A DNA stretch of 64,000 nucleotides, taken from Thermoplasmata archaeon (GTDB lineage Archaea; Thermoplasmatota; Thermoplasmata; Thermoplasmatales; ARK-15). The stretch spans positions 94,057-158,056 of the forward strand of contig JBAMMA010000001.1 of assembly GCA_039794005.1 (NCBI GenBank), in the 5' to 3' direction. Below the pieces are notes generated by a model. That model searched no databases and was not told where the DNA came from. It saw nothing but the letters and a program-made list of their open reading frames with translations. Below, one piece after another: positions 38,654 through 51,638 of the stretch (the first letter of the stretch is position 1; each line of letters opens with the position of its first letter). Made by a program: the position numbers and the translations under genes.

Positions 38654-39995
38654 TAATATTCTCTATAAGATCTGAATATTTCTTGAATATATTTTCTAAA
38701 TCATCCCTGCTTTTTGATTCTGCATAGAGACGGATTAAAGGCTCAGTTCCGCTTGGTCTTATCAATACCCATGAATCACCCTCAATTATTTTTATTCCAT
38801 CTATTTTTATGGTATTTTTTTCAAAATCTCTTTCGATTATTTTCATTATTTCTGAAGATTTTCCCTGTGGAATTTTAAACGAACCCTTTTTTTGATAATA
38901 TTCTGGTAATTCTTTAATTAAGTCTGAAAGTTTTGATTTTCTCTCTGAAATCAATTCGATCATTTTGGCCAAACCCATAAGTCCATCTCTTGCATATTGC
39001 ATTTCAGGAAATATTAATCCTCCATTGTCTTCTCCACCAAATATTGCGTTTACCTTCATCATAGTCCTTGCTACAATCGGAGCACCTACCTTAGTATATA
39101 ATACTTTTGAACCATTTTTCATGGCTATTTCTTCAACCATTTTAGAAACCGTAACGGGTATTACAACTATCCCTTTTCTTCTATCTGTTATATTTTTAGT
39201 GAATAGCCCCAAAATTTTATCCCCTGCTATAAAATTTCCCTCATCATCAACAAAGACTATTCTGTCTGCATCACCATCGTGTGCTGCTCCAAAATCGTAA
39301 TATCCTTTTGTAATTCTAATTAATTCCTTCAGGTTTTCCTCTTTTGGTTCAGGATCATGAGCAGGAAAATTTCCATCAATATTACAATTTAAGGATGTAA
39401 ATTTAATATTTATCGAATCTAGAAATTCTGGTGTTGTTAAAGATCCTGCACCGTTGGAACAATCAACCACAATTTTCAGATTTTTATTTATAATTTCCTT
39501 ATTTATATTATTATAAACGTTGAAAACATAATTGTGGTTAACACCAGTGATATTATCATACCTACCTATTTCGCTCCATTCCTTAAGTTTAAAAGATTTT
39601 TCATTGAAAATTCTCTCGATTTCATTCTCCTTCTCATCTTCAAGCTCTGTTCCATCACCATCGATGCATTTAATTCCATTATAAATAGGTGGATTATGGC
39701 TTGCAGTAACCATTATGCCAAAATCCGCATGATTTTTTACCGCTAATTGCAAAGCGGGGGTAGGTACAATTCCCGCATCATACACATGATTTCCCGCAGA
39801 TAACAATGCTCCCTTTAAAATGTTAGAAACAAATGTACCGGAATTTCTTGTATCTCTCCCTACGATTACAGTTTTATTACCATTTAAAAAAGTTGCAATT
39901 GCAAGTGATGAATTCAATATAAATTCTGGCGTTAATTTTACATTCACTTCTCCTCTAATGCCATTTGTACCAAATAGTCCTCCTTTTGATGCCAT
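38637..39995 (-). CDS. Phosphohexomutase (phosphoglucosamine mutase / PGM-PMM family)
   Basis: FGTNGIRG, TASHNP, DGDADR, GGE, RPSGTEP. Confidence 0.93.
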   Translation of the reverse strand: MASKGGLFGTNGIRGEVNVKLTPEFILNSSLAIATFLNGNKTVIVGRDTRNSGTFVSNILKGALLSAGNHVYDAGIVPTPALQLAVKNHADFGIMVTASHNPPIYNGIKCIDGDGTELEDEKENEIERIFNEKSFKLKEWSEIGRYDNITGVNHNYVFNVYNNINKEIINKNLKIVVDCSNGAGSLTTPEFLDSINIKFTSLNCNIDGNFPAHDPEPKEENLKELIRITKGYYDFGAAHDGDADRIVFVDDEGNFIAGDKILGLFTKNITDRRKGIVVIPVTVSKMVEEIAMKNGSKVLYTKVGAPIVARTMMKVNAIFGGEDNGGLIFPEMQYARDGLMGLAKMIELISERKSKLSDLIKELPEYYQKKGSFKIPQGKSSEIMKIIERDFEKNTIKIDGIKIIEGDSWVLIRPSGTEPLIRLYAESKSRDDLENIFKKYSDLIENIIKEIQ

Positions 39996-40037
39996 CCCAA
40001 TCCCATTAACATATAATTAATAGAAATTAAATAATTT

Positions 40038-40439
40038 TTATTCCTTAATGAACCATACTCCTCTTGCTACTGCGCATAATTTATTTTTTCCATCCTTTAT
40101 CTCAATATCACAAAAGGCCAAATTTTTACCTTTCCTTATTACTTTTGATTCTGCTGTTATAGGCCCATTCGCTATAGGTTCTATATAATCTATTTCTAAA
40201 TTGACAGTTACCTGATTTTTCCATTCCAGATAGCTCAATACTGAAGTCCCTCCAGCGGTATCGGCTAGAGTCGCAATCGCTCCTCCATTTGCTATATCGC
40301 CAAGTCTGGTAATCTCCTTTCTAAAAGGCATAGTTAATTTCGCATATCCGGGTGAAATATCCTCAACTTTGATCTGAACGTAATTTATGAATGGATCGCT
40401 CTCTATCATTTCCTTCAGAAATTTATATTCCTCGCGCAT
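40038..40439 (-). CDS. PaaI family hotdog thioesterase
   Basis: NGGAIATLADTAGG, QVTVNL..DY. Confidence 0.88.
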   Translation of the reverse strand: MREEYKFLKEMIESDPFINYVQIKVEDISPGYAKLTMPFRKEITRLGDIANGGAIATLADTAGGTSVLSYLEWKNQVTVNLEIDYIEPIANGPITAESKVIRKGKNLAFCDIEIKDGKNKLCAVARGVWFIKE

Positions 40440-40461
40440 TGAAAGGTGTAATGCTTACATG

Positions 40462-41787
40462 TTATTCTTTTTTTCTTTTTGATTTGTATGTTCTTTTTGA
40501 CTGTTCTTTATTTTCGTAATTCATTCCCTTTAAAAATGCAATTTCATCGTCATCCATCTTTAAAGCCCTGATTTGGAATTCTTCAAATTTCATATCATTC
40601 TTGAATATTGTTTTATACAATTCAAAAATGTCTGGATTAATCTTTTCGGTGGATGTATGCATAACCTTTGCTAATTTTTCTGCTATATTGTCTCTCGTTT
40701 GTCTAATGGATTTTGTTTTAGATAAAATCTTTAAAAAGTCTGGAGACTTTAATTTTTCATGAATTCCATATTTGTTTTTCTTTGCTATGCTGATCGCGGA
40801 AATAAAATCCGATACATAGACCAGATATCCAAAGTATTGTCTTCTTAATATTCTTCCATTAAAAACGTTTGCCCTTTCCAAATAGTAAAATCCTCTGTCC
40901 AGATCGTTTGGATCTAAATAATATCTTGGCAAATTTTCATCTAACCATTGCATTATTAAACTGGGATCCTCATCCAATTCCATTATTGTTTCTCTTGCAC
41001 TTTTTATAGATGTTGTTAATAATATTGTTAAAGTAGCACCATAAATATTTTGAAAATTATCTCTGAAGCCTATGGTATTTAAATCATTTTCCACTATAGA
41101 TCTCTTTCCCGCTGCTATCAATTGTAAATCGTTAATGGCTGCCCTGACATCCCCTCCACTTCTTTGAGCCAATTTTTCAAGAACGGTTCTATCGGCCTTT
41201 ATCCCCTCCAACTGACATATTTTATATAATATTGAGGCGATTTGTTTGTAATTTAAAGCCCTGAATTCAATTTCCTCAACATAATTTTTTAGCTGAGTTC
41301 CACTTTCTCCTTTAAACAGTTCATATGGATCATTAACTATCAGTATTATGGGTTGTCTGGTCAATTTAACAGTCTCCAAAATTGCTTTTTTACCACCGAA
41401 GTCACCAAATGGCCCCCTTACCTCATACAGATTATCGGCCTCATCAAGTATTATCAATTTCATTTTACCCTCGCTTATTTTCATGTATTTACCATCTATG
41501 CTAAGCGTTTGTTGTAGTGATCCCCTTAATGCTATCTCCTTGATATGCTTTTCATCCCTGATGTCAGATGCATTAAGTTCAATGTAATCCCATCCCATGT
41601 CATTAGCCAAAGCTATGGCAGTTGTGGTTTTTCCAACGCCTGGCCTACCCTCAAAAACCAAGGCCTTTTTTTCTGGAATGCCTCCCTTTTTCCATTTCTC
41701 TGCCCAATCCAATATTTTCTGTTTTATTTCCTCTTTTAAAACAATATCTCTTAGAGATTTCGGCCTGTACTTTTCAGCCCATTCCAT
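40462..41787 (-). CDS. rfcL: Replication factor C large subunit
   Basis: WAEKYRP, GRPGVGKT, ELNASD, LDEADN, GDVRAAINDLQ, WLDEN. Confidence 0.93.
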   Translation of the reverse strand: MEWAEKYRPKSLRDIVLKEEIKQKILDWAEKWKKGGIPEKKALVFEGRPGVGKTTTAIALANDMGWDYIELNASDIRDEKHIKEIALRGSLQQTLSIDGKYMKISEGKMKLIILDEADNLYEVRGPFGDFGGKKAILETVKLTRQPIILIVNDPYELFKGESGTQLKNYVEEIEFRALNYKQIASILYKICQLEGIKADRTVLEKLAQRSGGDVRAAINDLQLIAAGKRSIVENDLNTIGFRDNFQNIYGATLTILLTTSIKSARETIMELDEDPSLIMQWLDENLPRYYLDPNDLDRGFYYLERANVFNGRILRRQYFGYLVYVSDFISAISIAKKNKYGIHEKLKSPDFLKILSKTKSIRQTRDNIAEKLAKVMHTSTEKINPDIFELYKTIFKNDMKFEEFQIRALKMDDDEIAFLKGMNYENKEQSKRTYKSKRKKE

Positions 41788-41835
41788 AATAATCTTAATT
41801 TCAATTATCGATTTTCATTGATAAAAAGTTATTGT

Positions 41836-42471
41836 TTATATCTTTTTAAAACCCCTTTTAATCCACAATGAAACAGATCTATAGACATAGTTGATTGTAG
41901 ATTTTGCATCCCTCGAATATCCATTTAACCTTACCTTTCTTTTTAATATATCGTCCAAAATGTCTGATTCGTATTCCATCCAAACCCTACCAAATTCGTT
42001 CTCTAAATGAGCATCACTTCCAGCGGTCATCGGTTTGTCCAATTCATCAGCCAGCCTCTTTGCCTTTTCATTATCCTTTTTGAAAGATCTTCCGTTTAAT
42101 ACTTCTATTGCATCAAAATTGTATTTTCTGGTATTTTCTTCACCAAGACCAGACCAGAATCTATACGGGTGTGCCGCTATCGCAATTCCTCCTAGATCGT
42201 GTATTTTCTCAATTGTTTCCTCAATAGACATTCCCCTTTTAATTTCCTCAGAAACATTGAGTGCAAGAATGTGGCCACAGCATGAAGAAACTTCAATACC
42301 CTTCAAAATTTTTATCCTCGAATTGTATGATTTTTGATGAGCTTTGAAAGAATTGTGATCTGTAATTGCTATTAAATCGAATCCAGATTTTTCCATAATT
42401 TTAATTATTTCTTCCACGGTCAATTTTCCATCATTGGAATAAATGGAGTGTATATGAATATCTGCCTTCAT
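41836..42471 (-). CDS. PHP domain phosphoesterase
   Basis: DIHIHS, ITDHN, AHPY, GSDAH. Confidence 0.9.
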   Translation of the reverse strand: MKADIHIHSIYSNDGKLTVEEIIKIMEKSGFDLIAITDHNSFKAHQKSYNSRIKILKGIEVSSCCGHILALNVSEEIKRGMSIEETIEKIHDLGGIAIAAHPYRFWSGLGEENTRKYNFDAIEVLNGRSFKKDNEKAKRLADELDKPMTAGSDAHLENEFGRVWMEYESDILDDILKRKVRLNGYSRDAKSTINYVYRSVSLWIKRGFKKI

Positions 42472-44675
42472 CTTATTCTTGCCCCTGGGTTCACTTCTTT
42501 TAAAGGCTTTATAATACCATTTTTCGTGTGCATTAAATAGGGTTTATTATTTGAAAATACCAGTACAACATATTCGTTTATTTTATTATTCAATAAATCG
42601 CTCTTAACTTTATATATCATTTTACTTTCTACTATTGCATACTCATTTTCTATTTCCTTGATCCTACCTATTTCTATTCTTACCTTTTGAAATTCTTTTA
42701 TGTTAATTTTTTTATTGGGATTGGTCTCTATGTTGTTAAAAAGAACCTTTTCCCCATCTTCAGCATTTTCAGGAACTAAAATTGATACGTTATTTCCATC
42801 GTCCGCAGCAAGTAACATTCCCGAACTTATTTCTTCCCTTATCTTTGCCTCTTCCAAATTGTATAAAATAATGATATTCCTGTTCAATAATTCATCCTTT
42901 GAATAATACTTTTTGAGTCCAGCCACTATATTCCTGATATCATCACCCACCTTTACCCTTATAAGATACAATTTGTCGGCATTTGGATGATCTTTAATTT
43001 CTATAATCCTGCCAACTCTTATATCAAGGTCTTTAAATTCGTACTCCTCTTTTATTTCTAATTTTTTAAAGAGAATTACAGGTTCTTTAATATTGTTTGG
43101 TTCCATCGGATTTATTGCCTCTGCCCAACCATATTTTTCTATTGGATCTATATATCCCAGCATATTCCATACCCTTTTTGAGGTACTTGGAATAAATGGA
43201 TATCCATAAATAGCAAGTGCCTTAACAATCATCAGTGAAATGTGCAACTTTGTCTGGCATTTCTTTTCATCTTTTTTGCATAAATCCCATGGAGCAAATC
43301 TATCAAAATAATGATTTCCATAATATACGAGATTCATAAAACTCTTCATTGCATTTTTTATTTCAACTTTCGACAAAAATTTGGACATCTCCTCGCCCGT
43401 TTTTGTGATCATTTTTATCGCTTCGTAATCGTTATCGTCAAATTCCAAGGCTGGAGGTACACTCTTATATTTATTGTAAACGAATTTCAAAACTCTATGA
43501 ACAAAGTTCGCATATTTATCTATAAGCTCAGTATTGACTATGTTATAAAAATCGTTCCATGAAAATTCCGTATCATGATTTTCTGGTAGATTCATTGATG
43601 CATAGAATCTTATCATATCTGGATCGTAGATTTTCAGCATTTCCGGCATAAATATTCCGTGGGCCGCACTCTTTGAAAATTTAATTCCCTTTAATATTAA
43701 ATATTCATTAGCCGGAACATCGTATGGAAGGTTTAAATTACCATGGGCCATCAGCATACCGGGCCAAATAATTGTATGAAATGGAATGTTATCTTTCCCA
43801 ATAAAGTAATAGTGTTTAGTGTTTTTATCCTTCCAATATAATTCCCAGAGATTTTCATTATTCATTTTTTTGGAATATGCTATTGTTGCTGAAAGATATC
43901 CTATTAAAGCTTCAAACCAAACATAAATCCTTTTATTTTCATAACCAGGAAATGGAACTTCTACACCCCAATCTAAATCCCTTGTGATTGGTCTATCTTT
44001 TAGTCCCCCCTCTATAAATTTCTGAGTATAATTTTTTACATTATCCCTCCAATGTGTATTACTTTTTACCCATTCCTTTAATGGTTTCTCCAATTCGCTG
44101 AGTTTAAAAAACAGGTGTTTTGTCTCCTTAAATTCTGGTGTGGCACCACAAATTCTGCAATGTGGATTTATCAATTCCTGAGGATCCAGCGTTCTTCCAC
44201 AGTTTTCGCATTGATCCCCTCTTGCCTTGGGATAACCGCAATATGGACAAGTTCCCTCAACATATCTATCAGGTAAAAATCTTTTGCAATTTGGGCAAAA
44301 CGGTGAAATCATCGTATTTTCGTATATATATCCATTTTCATATATTTTCAGCAGAAAATCTTTAACTATCCTCTTATGTTCATCTGATGAAGTTCTTGAA
44401 TATATGTCAAAATCTATGTTCATTTTATTAAAAATCTCCTCATTAATCCTGTGATATTTTTCTGATATAACTGAGGGATGAACATTTTCCTTCTCAGCCT
44501 GAATAGTAATAGGTGTTCCATGTTCATCGCTACCTGAAACCATCAAAACTTCATTACCTATCATTCTATGGTACCTTTTGAAAATATCCGCAGGCAAATA
44601 TGCGCCCATGATGTGTCCAAGGTGTATCGGGCCATCAGCATATGGCCATGCAACACATACTAATATCCTTTCCAT
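42468..44675 (-). CDS. metG: Methionine--tRNA ligase with C-terminal tRNA-binding OB domain(s)
   Basis: WPYADGPIHLGH, GSDEHG, Zn knuckles, YVWFEA, GKDNIPFH, KFSKS; HPNADKL..SSGMLLAA. Confidence 0.97.
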   Translation of the reverse strand: MERILVCVAWPYADGPIHLGHIMGAYLPADIFKRYHRMIGNEVLMVSGSDEHGTPITIQAEKENVHPSVISEKYHRINEEIFNKMNIDFDIYSRTSSDEHKRIVKDFLLKIYENGYIYENTMISPFCPNCKRFLPDRYVEGTCPYCGYPKARGDQCENCGRTLDPQELINPHCRICGATPEFKETKHLFFKLSELEKPLKEWVKSNTHWRDNVKNYTQKFIEGGLKDRPITRDLDWGVEVPFPGYENKRIYVWFEALIGYLSATIAYSKKMNNENLWELYWKDKNTKHYYFIGKDNIPFHTIIWPGMLMAHGNLNLPYDVPANEYLILKGIKFSKSAAHGIFMPEMLKIYDPDMIRFYASMNLPENHDTEFSWNDFYNIVNTELIDKYANFVHRVLKFVYNKYKSVPPALEFDDNDYEAIKMITKTGEEMSKFLSKVEIKNAMKSFMNLVYYGNHYFDRFAPWDLCKKDEKKCQTKLHISLMIVKALAIYGYPFIPSTSKRVWNMLGYIDPIEKYGWAEAINPMEPNNIKEPVILFKKLEIKEEYEFKDLDIRVGRIIEIKDHPNADKLYLIRVKVGDDIRNIVAGLKKYYSKDELLNRNIIILYNLEEAKIREEISSGMLLAADDGNNVSILVPENAEDGEKVLFNNIETNPNKKINIKEFQKVRIEIGRIKEIENEYAIVESKMIYKVKSDLLNNKINEYVVLVFSNNKPYLMHTKNGIIKPLKEVNPGARIR

Positions 44676-44706
44676 TATTCATCTTAATTGATAATATGAA
44701 TATAAA

Positions 44707-45900
44707 TTATTTTATATCTTTATAGTTTGCAAATATTTTATAAATAATCAGATCGTAAGAAATTTTTAGCGTGCCGGCAATCAAAAATGGTAAATAAAGA
44801 ACGTTCAGAGAGATAATCAATCCAGCCAGCCATGGAGATCCCGCCTGTGCAAATCCCCTGGGCATATTTGTAAAGGAAGTAAAATAAGTTCTATCATTTT
44901 CATCAATAATTTTCATAAAAAATGATTGTCTCGTTGGAACATCCATCTGTGAAAATGCCTGCCTTAAATATAAAAGTAAAATGACATAAAATAAAGAATT
45001 AACAAATACAATTAATATTAAGAAAACATTGCTAATTAAATGTGAAAATACCATTGTATTTAAAAGACCATACCTACTTGCAATATATGGTGTTATGTAC
45101 AATGAAATTACCGTTATTATGCCCCCTGTGCCCAGAATTAGGCCCTGATTACTAACATTCACATCAAAGAAATGTTTTAACCATAGTGCTAAAATGGACT
45201 GCAATATAAATCCTCCTGCAAATGAATCAATTGAGAACAATATTCCTGTGATAAATGCAATTTTCTTTGTATCATTTTTTACAGCTGATTTTATATTACT
45301 TTTGTAATATAAATGGTCCTTAATTATGGTATATACAATAACAAAAATAAATCCCATTATTGAATAAAATAGAAAATAATATCTAATGTAATTGATATTT
45401 ACGAGATAAACGGAAAAGTCACCAAATACAGAAAAGAGATACCCCAGGATGTTATAAATGCTATAATAAAATGTTGAAAATTCACTTTTAACAAATTTTG
45501 GTATTAAAGCCTGTTCGATGCTTAAAAATGGTCCAGTCTCTGTTCCTGTTGTACTTATCATACCTATTATTGAGCCCAGTATTATTAAGTATTTATTATA
45601 GGAAAATAAAAATAAACCAGATAAAATAATAAAGATTGAAAAGGATATTAATATTTTATAAATATTTTTATCTCCTCCATATTTTGCCGTAAAAATATTC
45701 ATCAATGATGAAAATATGATTGAAATTGTTATTATTAAACCTGCATAGAATGAATTGAAACCTACAACTAATAAATAGTTTGGCAAAATTATACTCATAT
45801 ATCCAAATAAGAAAACTCTTAACGATTTAAGAAGAAATATCAAAAAAATTGATTTATCATTTATACCTTTAAATTCCATCGTTCTAATAATAAAAATCAT
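44707..45900 (-). CDS. MFS transporter
   Basis: About 12 TM segments, TETGPFLSIEQ, IDSFAGGF, QMDVPTRQS; start may be 45879. Confidence 0.9.
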   Translation of the reverse strand: MIFIIRTMEFKGINDKSIFLIFLLKSLRVFLFGYMSIILPNYLLVVGFNSFYAGLIITISIIFSSLMNIFTAKYGGDKNIYKILISFSIFIILSGLFLFSYNKYLIILGSIIGMISTTGTETGPFLSIEQALIPKFVKSEFSTFYYSIYNILGYLFSVFGDFSVYLVNINYIRYYFLFYSIMGFIFVIVYTIIKDHLYYKSNIKSAVKNDTKKIAFITGILFSIDSFAGGFILQSILALWLKHFFDVNVSNQGLILGTGGIITVISLYITPYIASRYGLLNTMVFSHLISNVFLILIVFVNSLFYVILLLYLRQAFSQMDVPTRQSFFMKIIDENDRTYFTSFTNMPRGFAQAGSPWLAGLIISLNVLYLPFLIAGTLKISYDLIIYKIFANYKDIK

Positions 45901-45958
45901 CTATTTTTATTTTTAAATAATGGGAAAAGATTAAATTTGAAGTATTTAATATATAATC

Positions 45959-46666
45959 ATGGAAGTTAAATATAAAATTTGGTTTGTATATAATGGAAAA
46001 TATTTATTTGGTCAAGGGTTATATGAATTATTCAGAAGAATTGAAATGTATGGAAGTATCATGGAAGCAGCCAAGTCAATGAACATGTCCTACAGAAATG
46101 CATGGGGAAAAATCGTAAAGTCTGAAAAGATATACAATAAAAAACTGATTGAAAGAAGTAGGGGGAAGAGAAATGTTAAATCCATACTTACAGATGAAGC
46201 CAGATTATTAATGAAAGAATATGAAAAATACGAAAAGGTTTTTGACCATTATTCCAAAATCCCATATATATTACCGGCTGTGGCTGTTGATGGCATTTTA
46301 TTTAAAGATAACAAAGTGTTGTTGATTAAAAGGAAAAACGAACCATTTAAGGGATATTATGCACTGCCAGGAGGTTTTGTGGAATATAATGAAACCACGG
46401 AAAACGCAATAACCAGGGAGATGAAGGAAGAAACCAACCTAGATGTTAAAATTAAAGGTTTATTTGGTGTATACTCAGATCCTAAGAGGGATCCAAGGGA
46501 ACATGTTATTTCGATTGTCTATGAATTGGATGTGGAAAATATAAATTTTAAAGCAGGAGATGACGCTGAAGATGTTTTATTGGCAGATATTGAAAATTTA
46601 CCGAAATTGGCATTTGATCATTCAAAAATTTTGGATGATTTCATAAAAAGTAAAATTATAAAATAA
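45959..46666 (+). CDS. ModE-type winged-helix / Nudix hydrolase fusion
   Basis: N-term GSIMEAAKSMNMSYRNAW..LIERSRG; C-term Nudix box GGFVEYNETTENAITREMKEETNL, RDPR, AGDDA, LAFDH. Confidence 0.88.
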   Translation: MEVKYKIWFVYNGKYLFGQGLYELFRRIEMYGSIMEAAKSMNMSYRNAWGKIVKSEKIYNKKLIERSRGKRNVKSILTDEARLLMKEYEKYEKVFDHYSKIPYILPAVAVDGILFKDNKVLLIKRKNEPFKGYYALPGGFVEYNETTENAITREMKEETNLDVKIKGLFGVYSDPKRDPREHVISIVYELDVENINFKAGDDAEDVLLADIENLPKLAFDHSKILDDFIKSKIIK

Positions 46667-46687
46667 TTTTTTTAGATTATAAAAATT

Positions 46688-47113
46688 TTAATCAACATAC
46701 AAACTTAAAACCTTGAAATGTCTATCCAATATCTCCTTCGTTGTCTTCAAATTCCTTCCATTTTTTCCTATTGCCCTGGCTTTATTTGCTGGATCAACCT
46801 TAACATTTATTTTATAAGAATCGCCTATCTTTTCAATTTTAATGTCCTTCACGTTAAACCTGTAGAATAGGTTGTAAACAAATCTTTCAATGTCATCACT
46901 GTATTCAACTATTATTATATTTTTATTTAGCATCTCTTTAATTTTTTTAACCTTTTCTCCATTTTTGTCAATAGCCCTCCTTAAAGTGTTTGGATATATG
47001 ATAAAAAATATGTTTTCATCGTTTTCTGCCACCTCCATGACCTCCACGTTTGTCAAAGTAAAAAATGTATTGATATATCTCAATTGATTTTCATCCAATT
47101 TAAAAGATGTCAT
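46688..47113 (-). CDS. nusA: Archaeal NusA (KH domains)
   Basis: RRAIDKNG, VEYSDD, ARAIGKNGRN; follows rpl30e. Confidence 0.93.
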   Translation of the reverse strand: MTSFKLDENQLRYINTFFTLTNVEVMEVAENDENIFFIIYPNTLRRAIDKNGEKVKKIKEMLNKNIIIVEYSDDIERFVYNLFYRFNVKDIKIEKIGDSYKINVKVDPANKARAIGKNGRNLKTTKEILDRHFKVLSLYVD

Positions 47114-47118
47114 TAAAA

Positions 47119-47397
47119 TCACTTCAATATCATTGATTCTCCAGGATCTATTATGGTTATTATGGAAATGTCAAAAACTTTACCGCAAATTGAACCTAGT
47201 TCTGATGATTTCCCATTAAATTTTATTATTGGTATTCCCTCTATGTTATCCTTTTCTAGGAATTCTGGGTCCGGACAGTTCATTGCCACAATGAAACCTT
47301 TTGCATTCTTCCTCTTCACGCTTTTCCTTGCCTGGTCCAATCCATAGTATACTTTTCCTGTTTCCACTAGCTTTTTAATTTCTTTTTCAATATCCAT
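47119..47397 (-). CDS. rpl30e: 50S ribosomal protein L30e
   Basis: TGKVYYG, A.NCP, ELGSICGK, DPGES. Confidence 0.93.
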   Translation of the reverse strand: MDIEKEIKKLVETGKVYYGLDQARKSVKRKNAKGFIVAMNCPDPEFLEKDNIEGIPIIKFNGKSSELGSICGKVFDISIITIIDPGESMILK

Positions 47398-47403
47398 ATA
47401 TTA

Positions 47404-51634
<4,231 letters not shown>

Positions 51635-51638
<4 letters not shown>

